From an uncultured bacterium (lineage in GTDB: Bacteria; Desulfobacterota; Desulfobaccia; Desulfobaccales; 0-14-0-80-60-11): a stretch of 64,000 bases of DNA. The notes below the pieces were generated by a model. That model was not told where the DNA came from. It did no database searches and was given only the letters and a program-made list of their open reading frames with translations. Position 1 is the first letter of the stretch, and every line of letters starts with the position of its first letter. Shown piece after piece: positions 27,601 to 35,559 of the stretch. The stretch spans positions 8,120 to 72,119 of the forward strand of contig CALEAV010000021.1 in NCBI GenBank assembly GCA_937943575.1. The letters run 5' to 3'. The position numbers and the translations under genes were made by a program.

Positions 27601-28068
27601 CGCCCCCTTGGTATCCCCGGAAAGAAGCAGCCGGGGCACCTCGCCGTGGAGGCAGGAAGTGAGGGCGATGAGCCCGGCGTTCAGCTCCGCCAGGAGCTCC
27701 TTGTCCACCCGGGGTTTGTAGTAAAAGCCCTCCAGGTGGGAGCGGGTGACCAGCTGCACCAGGTTGCGGTAGCCGGTGAGATCCTGAGCCAACAGGACCA
27801 GGTGGTGGTAATCCCCTTTGACCCCGGCCTTTTTGTCATGGCGGCTGCCCGGGGTGACATAGACCTCGCAGCCTAAGATGGGATTGAGGCCGGCCTTCCT
27901 GGCTTTGAGGTAGAAGTCCAGGACGCCGAAGAGGGCGCCGTGGTCGGTGATGGCCACCGCCGGCATCCCCAGCTCCTGGGCCCGCTGCACAAGGTCGTCC
28001 AGGCGGATGGCGCCGTCCAGCAGGCTGTAGGCGGTATGCACATGCAGGTGCACAAAGGGGGCAGTCAT
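24646..28068 (-). CDS. dnaE: DNA polymerase III alpha subunit
   Basis: 1140 aa. PHP domain MTAPFVHLHVHTAYSLLDGAIRLDDLV...AITDHGALFG, polymerase core ...PDIDLDF...GRGSAAGSLVAY..., and a C-terminal OB-fold region. Full-length DnaE pattern. Confidence 0.96.
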   Translation of the reverse strand: MTAPFVHLHVHTAYSLLDGAIRLDDLVQRAQELGMPAVAITDHGALFGVLDFYLKARKAGLNPILGCEVYVTPGSRHDKKAGVKGDYHHLVLLAQDLTGYRNLVQLVTRSHLEGFYYKPRVDKELLAELNAGLIALTSCLHGEVPRLLLSGDTKGAEAVAREYADIFSQGRFYLEVQANDLPEQRQVNALLLELGPRWGLPVVATNDCHYLKPEDARAHDVLLCIQTGKTVNTAGRMAFATDQLYFKSPEEMAREFPPEVLARTLEIAEQCRVELELGALHFPTYPAARGRDPGELLRELACRGLEERLAQSPPARPPEDYRQRLAYELEVLQKMGFAAYFLVVADIVAYARRQHIPVGPGRGSAAGSLVAYALKITDLDPLAHGLFFERFLNPERQSPPDIDLDFCFERRGEVLAYVAKTYGYENVAQITTFGSMKTRQVIRDVGRALEVPYAEVDRIAKLVPEQQGITLEQALEREPRLRELRDTDPTVREILDIARTLEGLPRHASTHAAGLVIGDRPLVEYLPLYKGTKGELVTQFDMKGVEKVGLVKFDFLGLRTLTVIDNAVRLIRRRHRPDFDIHRIPLDDPGTYALLQAGNTAGVFQLESSGMRQLVMRLKPSTFEDIVALVALYRPGPMESGMHLDYVQRKHGEEPVTYLLPELEPILKETYGVILYQEQVMQIAAAVSGFSLAEADILRRAMGKKIPEVMAAQRQRFVEGAAARGVARETAETLFDLIEKFAGYGFNKSHSAAYALIAYQTAYLKAHYPLEFLAALLNSEINNTSALARHILEARDQGIRLLPPDINLSDRDFTVEDGQVRYGLAGVKNVGLGAIQEILEVRRERPFTGLMDLLSRVNLTKVNRRVLEALIQAGALDSFQPNRARLLAALDAALERAQSLKRQAASRQMTIFGGPQEMAGDDWLPDAPEWSDAEKLTREKEALGVYLSGHPLDSCRHLLRAWVKVTTADLAELPDGEEVALGVVVSALKEKTGKKGGRLAILTVEDLVGSVEVLVFRDVLEQADSWLSKPGLPLWLKGSLIQEEQGPKIRATEIAPLGTALPRWPERVEVRLRADGLTRERLMALKDILRRHPGPVPAVLYFLHPGEEAALYLPEELGLTPSEALAQEVNRLVGYPALSL

Positions 28069-28171
28069 AAGTCTCCCGGGTGGGCAGGGCGCTCCCGGGC
28101 ACCCTGCCGCGTCATCCGAATCATATCTCCAAAAAGCCCCCGGGACAAGGCGCTCCTGGCGCCGGGGGCCC

Positions 28172-28201
28172 TTGACACCCCCACCCTCTTGCCTCTAAGA
28201 T
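28172..28201 (+). promoter_or_regulatory. Sigma70-like promoter upstream of cpoB-like gene
   Basis: TTGACA (28172..28177), 18-nt spacer, TAAGAT (28196..28201), about 50 nt upstream of ATG 28250. Confidence 0.5.
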
Positions 28202-28249
28202 GAGGTATTTATCTGCCGCCCCTGTGGGCGCGGCACCGAGGAGGAGGAG

Positions 28250-28984
28250 ATGACCGGGCCTTTCCGGACCGCAACCCTGATGGCGTGGCTGACCCTGCTG
28301 ACGGTGGCCGCCTGTGATCCCTACCTGCTGCCGGGCCGGACCCGCCCGGCCCCGGCCCCGGTCGCCGAGGCGCCTCCGCCGGCGCCGCCGCCCGCCGCCG
28401 CCGTCCCGGGAGAGGAAGCCCGGCCCCCGGACCTGGCGGAGCAGGTGAAGGCCCTGGAAGCCCGCATCCAGAACCTGGAGATGCAGCTCAAGGGGCTGCG
28501 GGAGTCCCGTTACCCCGCCGCTGCCGCGCCGGGCGCCCGCCCCGCTCCCGCGGCCTCCCCCTCCGCAGCCGCGCCGCCCTCCCCGCCCACCCCCGGCGCC
28601 GCCAAACCCGGGCTGGAGGACAAGACCTTCGGCGAGGGCATGCGGCTCTATCAGGCCAAGAAATACGCCACCGCCCGGGACAAGTTCCATGCCTATCTCC
28701 GCAGCCAGCCCCAGGGGCCCCGGGCGGCGGAGGCCCGCTTCTACCTGGCCGACAGCTTCTATCAGGAAAAGAAATACCGGGAGGCCGGGGTGGAGTTCAA
28801 CAAGGTCCTCACCCAGCACCCCCGAAGCCCTCTGGCGCCGGCGGCCATGCTGCGCCAGGCCCTGTGCTACCATCACCTGAACCAAAAGGCCAACTACCAG
28901 ACCACCCTGAAAAAGCTGGTGCAGAAATACCCCCAGAGCCCGGAGGCCAGGGAGGCCCAGAAGTGGCTGAAGGACAGCCGCTGA
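28250..28984 (+). CDS. cpoB: Tol-Pal-associated CpoB/YbgF-like TPR protein (lipoprotein-type signal)
   Basis: 244 aa with a strong SD (GAGGAGGAGGAG). Lipobox LLTVAAC. Coiled coil LAEQVKALEARIQNLEMQLKGL. Pro/Ala linker, then C-terminal TPR YQAKKYATARDKFHAYL...AEARFYLADSFYQEKKYREA...QKYPQSPEA, as in YbgF. Confidence 0.75.
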   Translation: MTGPFRTATLMAWLTLLTVAACDPYLLPGRTRPAPAPVAEAPPPAPPPAAAVPGEEARPPDLAEQVKALEARIQNLEMQLKGLRESRYPAAAAPGARPAPAASPSAAAPPSPPTPGAAKPGLEDKTFGEGMRLYQAKKYATARDKFHAYLRSQPQGPRAAEARFYLADSFYQEKKYREAGVEFNKVLTQHPRSPLAPAAMLRQALCYHHLNQKANYQTTLKKLVQKYPQSPEAREAQKWLKDSR

Positions 28985-29108
28985 GGCCCTGACCCGGGAA
29001 CGGCGGCCGCACCGGATCGTGGTCCGGGCCGTCACCCCCCTTGCCCTTTGGGTGATTCCCGGTTCCGGACCGGTGCTCTCCCGGTGAAACTCCCGACATG
29101 GTGCCCAA

Positions 29109-30992
29109 ATGCTGAAATTCCTGCGTCAATACTCCCGCTCCTGGGTCATTGCGGTGGCCATCGGCGCCATCGTGGTGGTCTTCATCTTCTGGGGCATCGG
29201 GGGGTTCCGCTCCCCCCGCTTCGAGGAGGCGGCCACGGTGAACGGCGTCCCCATCCTCATGAGCCGCTACCTCCAGCAATACAACCAGCTCCTGCGGCAA
29301 TATCAGGAGATGGGGCGGGGCGAACTCAGGGAGGAGGACCTCAAGGCCCTGGGACTGAAAGACCGGGCTTTGGAGATTCTCATCCAGGAGGAGCTCCTGC
29401 GGCAGGGGGCCCGGGCATTGGGACTTGTCGTCACCGATGAGGAGCTCCGGGAGCATATCAAAGGCCTGGACATCTTCCATGAGGACGGCCGCTTCAGTCA
29501 GCGGCGCTACCTGGCGGCCCTGTCCCGGGCCCGCCTCAACCCGGCGGACTTTGAGGAGCAGGAGCGCCTCCGCCTCCTGAGCCAGCGCCTCATCCAGCTC
29601 CTCACCGCCTTCGCCAAGGTCTCCGACGCCGAGCTGAGGGAGATCCTGCGCCTGGGCAAGGAGGAGGTGGAGGTGCGGTATCTCGCCCTTTCCCCGGAGC
29701 GCTTCCAGGCCCAGCAGAAGCCCACCGAGGAGGAGGTCGCCGCCTACTACCGGGACCATGCCCAGGAGTTCCGCACCCCCGAGCGGGTCAGGGTGCGTTA
29801 TCTCCTGTTTACGCCCCAGGCCTTCCTGGCCCAGGCCACCGTCTCCGACCGGGAGCTGGCCGACTACCTGGCGGAGCACGCCGCGGAATTCACCCGGCCC
29901 CAGGTGATTAAAGTGCGGGAGATCCTTCTGGCGGCACCACCCCAGCCGGACAAGCGTCGCCAGGTGGAACAGAAAGCCCAGGGGTTGCTGCGGCAGGCCA
30001 AAGAAGGGGCGGACTTTGCCTCCCTGGCCCGGAGCCACTCCGAGGATGCCGCCGCCAGGGCCAAGGGAGGGGAAGTGCCGCCGGTGAAGCGGGGCGAGCG
30101 GGACCCCGCCTGGGAGAAGGTGGCCTTCGCCCTGGCTCCGGGGCAGGTGGGCCTGGCCCAGACGGCCAAGGGCTTCCATCTCATCAGGCTGGAGGAGGTC
30201 CTGGAGACGGAAAAGCTCCCCGAGGCCCAGGCCCGGGAGCAGGCCTCAAGCCGCCTGCGCCAGGAGAAAAGCCGCGCCCTGGCCCAGGAGGCGGCCCGCC
30301 AGGCCCGGTTGGATGTAATAGCCGGGGACTTCGCCGAGGCGGCCAAAAGACTCCGGCTCACCGTCAAGGAAACGCCCCTCTTTGCCCTGGGGGATGCCCT
30401 GCCCGGAGAGGAGATGACCCGGGTCTTCAAGGAGACGGCCCTGGCCCTGAAGCCCCAGGAGGTAAGCCGGGTGGTGGAGACCCCGCCCGGGTTTGTGGTC
30501 ATGCAGGCGCTGGAGAAGCGGCCGGCGGCCACCCCGCCCCTGGAGGAGGTGCGGGAGCAGGTGCGCCAGGCGGTGGCCCGGCAGAAGGCCAAGGCCCAGG
30601 CTGAAAAGGAGGCGGAGCAGCTCCTCGCCCGCCTGCGCCAGGGGGAGCCTCTGGCCAAGGTGGCGGCCCAGGCCGGGGTGCCCCTCCAGGAGAGCGGCCC
30701 CTTCACCCGGGCCCAGGGTTTCCTCCGGCAGCCCCTGGCGGAGAGCCTCACCACCGCCGCCTTCCTGCTCACGGAGAAGAACCCGTACCCCGACACACCG
30801 TTCTTCTTCCGGGACGCCTACTATCTCCTGGCCTTCAAGGCCCGGCGCCTGCCACCGGCGGAGGAGCTCAAAAAGGAGGAGGAGAAGCTGCGGGAACAGC
30901 TTCTGGAGAACAAACGCCAGCTGCTCTTCGACGCCTGGCTCACCCAGGAGCGGCGCCGGGCGGTCATCAAGGTGCGGGAGCTGCCGGTGTGA
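29109..30992 (+). CDS. ppiD: Periplasmic chaperone / peptidyl-prolyl isomerase PpiD-like
   Basis: 627 aa. N-terminal anchor SWVIAVAIGAIVVVFIFWGI, a SurA-N-like region, and a parvulin-like segment IKVREILLAAP...EGADFASLARSHSED...GFHLIRLEEV. Confidence 0.8.
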   Translation: MLKFLRQYSRSWVIAVAIGAIVVVFIFWGIGGFRSPRFEEAATVNGVPILMSRYLQQYNQLLRQYQEMGRGELREEDLKALGLKDRALEILIQEELLRQGARALGLVVTDEELREHIKGLDIFHEDGRFSQRRYLAALSRARLNPADFEEQERLRLLSQRLIQLLTAFAKVSDAELREILRLGKEEVEVRYLALSPERFQAQQKPTEEEVAAYYRDHAQEFRTPERVRVRYLLFTPQAFLAQATVSDRELADYLAEHAAEFTRPQVIKVREILLAAPPQPDKRRQVEQKAQGLLRQAKEGADFASLARSHSEDAAARAKGGEVPPVKRGERDPAWEKVAFALAPGQVGLAQTAKGFHLIRLEEVLETEKLPEAQAREQASSRLRQEKSRALAQEAARQARLDVIAGDFAEAAKRLRLTVKETPLFALGDALPGEEMTRVFKETALALKPQEVSRVVETPPGFVVMQALEKRPAATPPLEEVREQVRQAVARQKAKAQAEKEAEQLLARLRQGEPLAKVAAQAGVPLQESGPFTRAQGFLRQPLAESLTTAAFLLTEKNPYPDTPFFFRDAYYLLAFKARRLPPAEELKKEEEKLREQLLENKRQLLFDAWLTQERRRAVIKVRELPV

Positions 30993-31132
30993 GGCCGGGT
31001 GCGGGAGAGTGCGGGGCGAGGGTGAGGACAGACCCTTTGCCGCCTGCCATCCCGGCCCATCCCTGCCGGCCGCTTGCGTCCTGATTCCTGGCAGATTCGG
31101 CACCTGGAAAACCCCCGCAGGCTATCTGTAAA

Positions 31133-33025
31133 ATGGCGATCATCCCCCCACCGGGATCCTCCCCCCTCCCCTTGCGGCCTGAGACCGTGCGCCGGGCCAC
31201 CCACCGGGCCCTGGAGGCCCGGGAGCGCCTGGTGAGCGAGTATCCCCGGTGGGAGAGCTGGCGCCGGCAGGCCCGGGAACTCAAGTCCCAGGCGCTGGCC
31301 CGCTGGGAGGAGAACCTCCGTCGCCTGCAGGAGGCGGTGACGGCCTGGGGGGGAGAGGTGCTGAGGGCCGAGGACGCAGCCCAGGCCCGGGCCCAGATCC
31401 TGGCCCTGGCAAGGCGCCACGGCGTGCGGGAGGTGGTGAAATCCAAGTCCATGACCACTGAGGAGCTGGGGCTGACCCCGGCCCTCAGCGCCGCCGGCCT
31501 TCAGGTCACCGAGACCGACCTGGGGGAGTTCATCGTGCAGCTGGCGGGGCACCCTCCGGCGCATCTCACCGCCCCGGCTCTCCACCTCAACCGCCGGGAC
31601 ATCGCCCGCCTCTTCGCCCGCCACCTGGGATACGCCCTGCCCGCCGAGCCCCCGGAGCTCTGCGCCGCGGCCGCCCGCCATCTGGGGCCCTGCTTTGAGG
31701 CGGCCCAGATGGGGATCACCGGGGTCAATGCCGCCACCCCGGACGGCACCCTGGTCTTTCTGGAAAACGAAGGCAATCTGCGGCGCACCGCCTGCACCCC
31801 CCCGGTGCAGGTGGCGGTCATGGGCCTGGAGAAGCTCCTGCCCGGGCTGGCCGACCTGGAGGTGGTGCTCAGGCTGTTGCCGGCCAGCGCCACCGGCCAG
31901 CGCCTCACCGCCCTGGTGCACCTCCTCAAGGGCCTGAAGGACGGCCCGTCTGGCACCCAGGCCTTTTACCTCGTCCTGGTGGACAACGGCCGCCGGGCTT
32001 TGGGGGCGCACCCGGAGCTGCGGCAGGCCCTCTTCTGCCTGCGCTGCGGCGCCTGCCTCAATATCTGCCCGGTCTTTCAGGCCGGGGGGGCTCATGTCTA
32101 CGGCCGGGTCTATCCCGGGGCCATCGGCATCCTTTTGGCCCCTTTTCTGGCGCCGTTGGGGGATCTCCCGGACCTGTGCACCCAGTGCGGGGCCTGCGGC
32201 GACCTCTGCCCCGCCGCCATCCCCCTGCCGGAGCTCATTTTGTCCTTACGCCGCACCAGCCGCCGGTTTCGCCCAGTCCGTCTGGGGGCCGGGGCCGCCA
32301 GCCACCTGCTCCGCCATCCGGCCCTCTATCGCCGGGCAGAGAGGCTCTGGCGGGATTGGGCGACCCTTCTCCCCTCCTCTGCCCCACCGCCCGCCCCGGT
32401 GAGTTTTCAGGCCCTCTGGCGGCAGGGCCGTGTCCCGTCCCCCCCTACCGGGCGCTCCCTGGGGGAGGGGCCGTTTCCCGGTTCGGGGGGATCCGCCCCC
32501 CCGCCGTCCCCACCCCTCCCCGCCCCGGCCCGCTTTGCCGAAGCCGGCGCCGGTTATGCTGAGCTGGCCGGCCCGGAGGCCCTGGCGGATTTCCTGGCTC
32601 AGCGGGGCCAGGGCCCCCTCTGGCTGGAGGACCACCCCTGGCTCCTCCCGGTGGCCCGGGCTCTTCAGGCCCGGGGACTGCCTGTCAGGCTGGCGGCCGG
32701 CGAGTGGGCCCCGGAGGCCGACACCGTGGTCAGCGTGGGGCTGGCCGCCGTGCCGGAGACCGGCAGCGTGCTGGTGGCGCCGCCCTCAGGGCCGGCCCTG
32801 TGGCTGCCTTTTAAGGCCTGCCGCCAGGTGGTGCTGGTCCCTCGCAGCCAAAGCAGCCTCACCCTGGCCCGGTCCCTGGCCCTGGCCGCCGCCCGCCCGG
32901 AGCCCTGGGTGAGCTGGCTCACCGGCCCCACCCGCACCGCCGACATCGAAAAGGTGCTGGTCCTGGGGGCCCAGGGACCCGCGGCCCTGGAGGTGGTGGC
33001 CTATGACCCCGGCTGGGAGCGGTGA
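31133..33025 (+). CDS. LutB-like Fe-S lactate-utilisation protein fused to a LutC/LUD-like C-terminal domain
   Basis: 630 aa. DUF162/LUD N-domain (VVKSKSMTTEELGL...TETDLGEFIVQLAG). Two ferredoxin-type clusters CLRCGACLNICP and CTQCGACGDLCP. Pro-rich linker. The C-terminal ...ADTVVSVGLAAVPETGSVLV...VLVPRSQ...TADIEKVLVLGAQGP resembles LutC. Confidence 0.75.
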   Translation: MAIIPPPGSSPLPLRPETVRRATHRALEARERLVSEYPRWESWRRQARELKSQALARWEENLRRLQEAVTAWGGEVLRAEDAAQARAQILALARRHGVREVVKSKSMTTEELGLTPALSAAGLQVTETDLGEFIVQLAGHPPAHLTAPALHLNRRDIARLFARHLGYALPAEPPELCAAAARHLGPCFEAAQMGITGVNAATPDGTLVFLENEGNLRRTACTPPVQVAVMGLEKLLPGLADLEVVLRLLPASATGQRLTALVHLLKGLKDGPSGTQAFYLVLVDNGRRALGAHPELRQALFCLRCGACLNICPVFQAGGAHVYGRVYPGAIGILLAPFLAPLGDLPDLCTQCGACGDLCPAAIPLPELILSLRRTSRRFRPVRLGAGAASHLLRHPALYRRAERLWRDWATLLPSSAPPPAPVSFQALWRQGRVPSPPTGRSLGEGPFPGSGGSAPPPSPPLPAPARFAEAGAGYAELAGPEALADFLAQRGQGPLWLEDHPWLLPVARALQARGLPVRLAAGEWAPEADTVVSVGLAAVPETGSVLVAPPSGPALWLPFKACRQVVLVPRSQSSLTLARSLALAAARPEPWVSWLTGPTRTADIEKVLVLGAQGPAALEVVAYDPGWER

Positions 33026-33182
33026 CCCGGATGGCATGCGGGAGGCTGTGGACCAGGGGGAGGACCCCGGCCGCCTTTCCCAAAGCCCCGGTGCCGCCCC
33101 AATGGAGCTGGGGAGGGGGCTGAGGGGCAATCCGGGAGCCACCCTCACCGCAATGATCCGCACCGCCCGCTGAGGTTGCCTG

Positions 33183-34370
33183 ATGGAAGTTGTGCCTCAT
33201 CCCGAATTGGAGCAGCGCCGGGAGAGATTCCAGCGCCTTCTCAAGGAGGCGGGCATCTCCCTGGCCCTCATCCGCCAGCCGGCGGACCTCTACTATTACA
33301 GCGGCACCATCGTGGAGGGCTTCCTGGCGGTGCCCGTGGCCGGCCCGCCCCGGCTGCTGGTGCGCCGGCCCCAGGATCACCCCCGCCGTGGAGAGCTCCC
33401 TTGGCCCCTGATTCATTACCGGAGTCTGCCGGAGCTGCCCCGGCTCCTGGCCGATCTTTTGGCGCCGCCCGTAGTCCTGGGGCTGGAGCTGGACGTCCTG
33501 CCCGCGGCCCTCTTCCTCCATTTTCAGGAGAAGCTCTTTCCCCGGGTGCCCATTTCCGACGTCTCCCCCCTCATCCGCCGCCAGCGCATGGTGAAGTCCG
33601 CCTATGAGCTGGGGTGCATCCGGGAGGCGGCGGCCATGCTGGCTGAGGTGCACGCCGAGGTGCCGGAGCTCCTGGCCCCCGGTCTCACCGAGCTGGAGCT
33701 CTCCGCCCGGCTGGAATACCGCCTGCGCGCCCTGGGGCACCAGGGCCTGGTGCGCTTCCGGCGCTGGGACCTGGAGGTCTTCTTCGGCCATGTGCTCTCC
33801 GGCGAGGCGGGCCTGGCGGCGGCCTACACCGACACCCCCTCCGGTGGGCTGGGCTTCAGCGCCGCCTTCCCCCAGGGGCCGTCCCGCAAGCCTTTGGCCC
33901 CCTTCGAGCCCATCAGCGTGGACCTGGCCGCCTGTTATGGCGGCTACATTGCCGACATGACCCGCCTGTATGCCCTGGGGGGCCTCCCCGACGCCGCCTG
34001 GCAGGCCTTCCAGGTGGTGGAGGAGCTCTACGCCGTCTTTGCGGCCGAAGCCCGGCCGGGGGTGCTCCCCGGGGACCTTTTCCAACGCCTGTGGGAGGTG
34101 GTCCGGGAGCGGGGCCTGGAGGAGGGCTTCATGGGCCGGGGGCCGGACCGGGTGAGCTTCCTGGCCCACGGGGTGGGCCTGGAGCTGGATGAGCTGCCCC
34201 TCATCACCGCCCGCTCCCCCTATGCCCTGGAGGCGGACATGGTCCTGGCCTTCGAGCCCAAATTCTTTCTGCCGGGCATCGGCATGGTGGGCCAGGAGGA
34301 CACCTGCCGCCTGACCCCCGAGGGGGTGGAGTGGCTGACCCAGGCCCCCCGGGGAGTGGTGGTGGTGTAG
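33183..34370 (+). CDS. M24-family Xaa-Pro aminopeptidase / creatinase-like peptidase
   Basis: 395 aa. N-terminal creatinase/prolidase-N-like region (RRERFQRLLKEAGISLALIRQPADLYYYSG). The C-terminal pita-bread fold contains ISVDLAACYGGYIADMTR, HGVGLELDE and VLAFEPKFF...VGQEDT. Confidence 0.8.
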   Translation: MEVVPHPELEQRRERFQRLLKEAGISLALIRQPADLYYYSGTIVEGFLAVPVAGPPRLLVRRPQDHPRRGELPWPLIHYRSLPELPRLLADLLAPPVVLGLELDVLPAALFLHFQEKLFPRVPISDVSPLIRRQRMVKSAYELGCIREAAAMLAEVHAEVPELLAPGLTELELSARLEYRLRALGHQGLVRFRRWDLEVFFGHVLSGEAGLAAAYTDTPSGGLGFSAAFPQGPSRKPLAPFEPISVDLAACYGGYIADMTRLYALGGLPDAAWQAFQVVEELYAVFAAEARPGVLPGDLFQRLWEVVRERGLEEGFMGRGPDRVSFLAHGVGLELDELPLITARSPYALEADMVLAFEPKFFLPGIGMVGQEDTCRLTPEGVEWLTQAPRGVVVV

Positions 34371-34503
34371 CGGCGGTACATTGCCCCCGCGGCGACAATG
34401 GATTACAATGTGGACAAACCCCATCCGGGACCGGGCCCGGTGAGCCCGTTACTGGGCCTCGGCCGGCGCCTCGCCCGGGGAAGGGGCCCCCGGTGACCGC
34501 GTC

Positions 34504-35343
34504 ATGACGGAGATGTCCTTCTTCGAGCACTTAAACGATCTGCGCAAGCGGCTCATCATCTCCTTTGTGGCGCTCTTCATCGCCATGGGCCTCTCCTGGC
34601 CCCTGGCCCCCACGGTGCAGCGCTTCATCCAGCGGCCGCTGCTGGAGCCCTCCCTCACTCAGAAACTGCAGTATCGGGTCTCCACCTGGACGAGCCAGAA
34701 ATTTCCCGGGCTGGCGGCCAAGCTGGGGCTCAAGCCGGACCCTCCCCAGGTGCAGCCCCACAAACTCAACTACATGGCGCCCCTGGAGCCCTTCTTTGTC
34801 CAGATGAAGATCTCCCTGATCACCGGCCTGGGGCTGGCCTTTCCGGTGATCCTCTACCAGTTGTGGCTCTTCCTGGCGCCGGCCCTCTATCCCTGGGAGA
34901 AGCGCTATGTCTATTTTTTCGTGCCCTTCGGCACCCTGGCCTTTGTGGTGGGGGGCGTCTTTTTCCTTTACCTGGTGTGGCCGCTGATCATCTCCTTTTC
35001 CCTGGCCTATGAGAGCGAGCTGCTCTTTTCCATGCTCAACCTGACGCAGTATGTCAATTTCTGCCTGCGGCTGCTGTTGCTGTTCGGGCTGATTTTCGAG
35101 CTGCCCCTGGTCTTTCTCATCCTGGGCCGGGCCGGGCTGGTCACCCGGGAGATGCTGGCCGGGCAGCGCCGCCTGGCCATCCTGCTCAGTGCCGTCATCG
35201 CCGCCTTCCATGCCGATGTGGTCACCATGACGGTGGTGGCCATCCCCATCTATGTGATGTATGAGTTCTCCATCCTGCTCCTGCGTCTGGTGGGGGAAGG
35301 GCGGCCCCAGGAGGCCCACCTGCCGGCTGAGCCCGCCGGCTGA
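34504..35343 (+). CDS. tatC: Twin-arginine translocase subunit TatC
   Basis: 279 aa. Starts MTEMSFFEHLNDLRKRLIISFVALFIAMG and has six hydrophobic segments, including LWLFLAPALYPWEKRY and FGLIFELPLVFLILGRAGL. Classic TatC pattern. Confidence 0.92.
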   Translation: MTEMSFFEHLNDLRKRLIISFVALFIAMGLSWPLAPTVQRFIQRPLLEPSLTQKLQYRVSTWTSQKFPGLAAKLGLKPDPPQVQPHKLNYMAPLEPFFVQMKISLITGLGLAFPVILYQLWLFLAPALYPWEKRYVYFFVPFGTLAFVVGGVFFLYLVWPLIISFSLAYESELLFSMLNLTQYVNFCLRLLLLFGLIFELPLVFLILGRAGLVTREMLAGQRRLAILLSAVIAAFHADVVTMTVVAIPIYVMYEFSILLLRLVGEGRPQEAHLPAEPAG

Positions 35344-35366
35344 CGCTCCCCGGACGGCTGCAACGG

Positions 35367-35394
35367 TTGACAGCCCGGAGGATTAATTTATAGT
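35367..35394 (+). promoter_or_regulatory. Sigma70-like promoter upstream of plsB
   Basis: TTGACA (35367..35372), 16-nt spacer, TATAGT (35389..35394), in an otherwise GC-rich intergenic region. Confidence 0.5.
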
Positions 35395-35559
35395 GAGACT
35401 GTCTTGAGCCGTCTCCGGGGGAGGGGCCCGGGAATTTCGCCCCCCGCCCCCTCCCCAGACCTTCCCCGCACCCCTGACGGGCATGGGGGAGGGACATGCA
35501 GCCCATTCTGCGGCTTGATGCGGTGGCCCGGAGCCATCGGTCCCCTCGAGATACTGACC

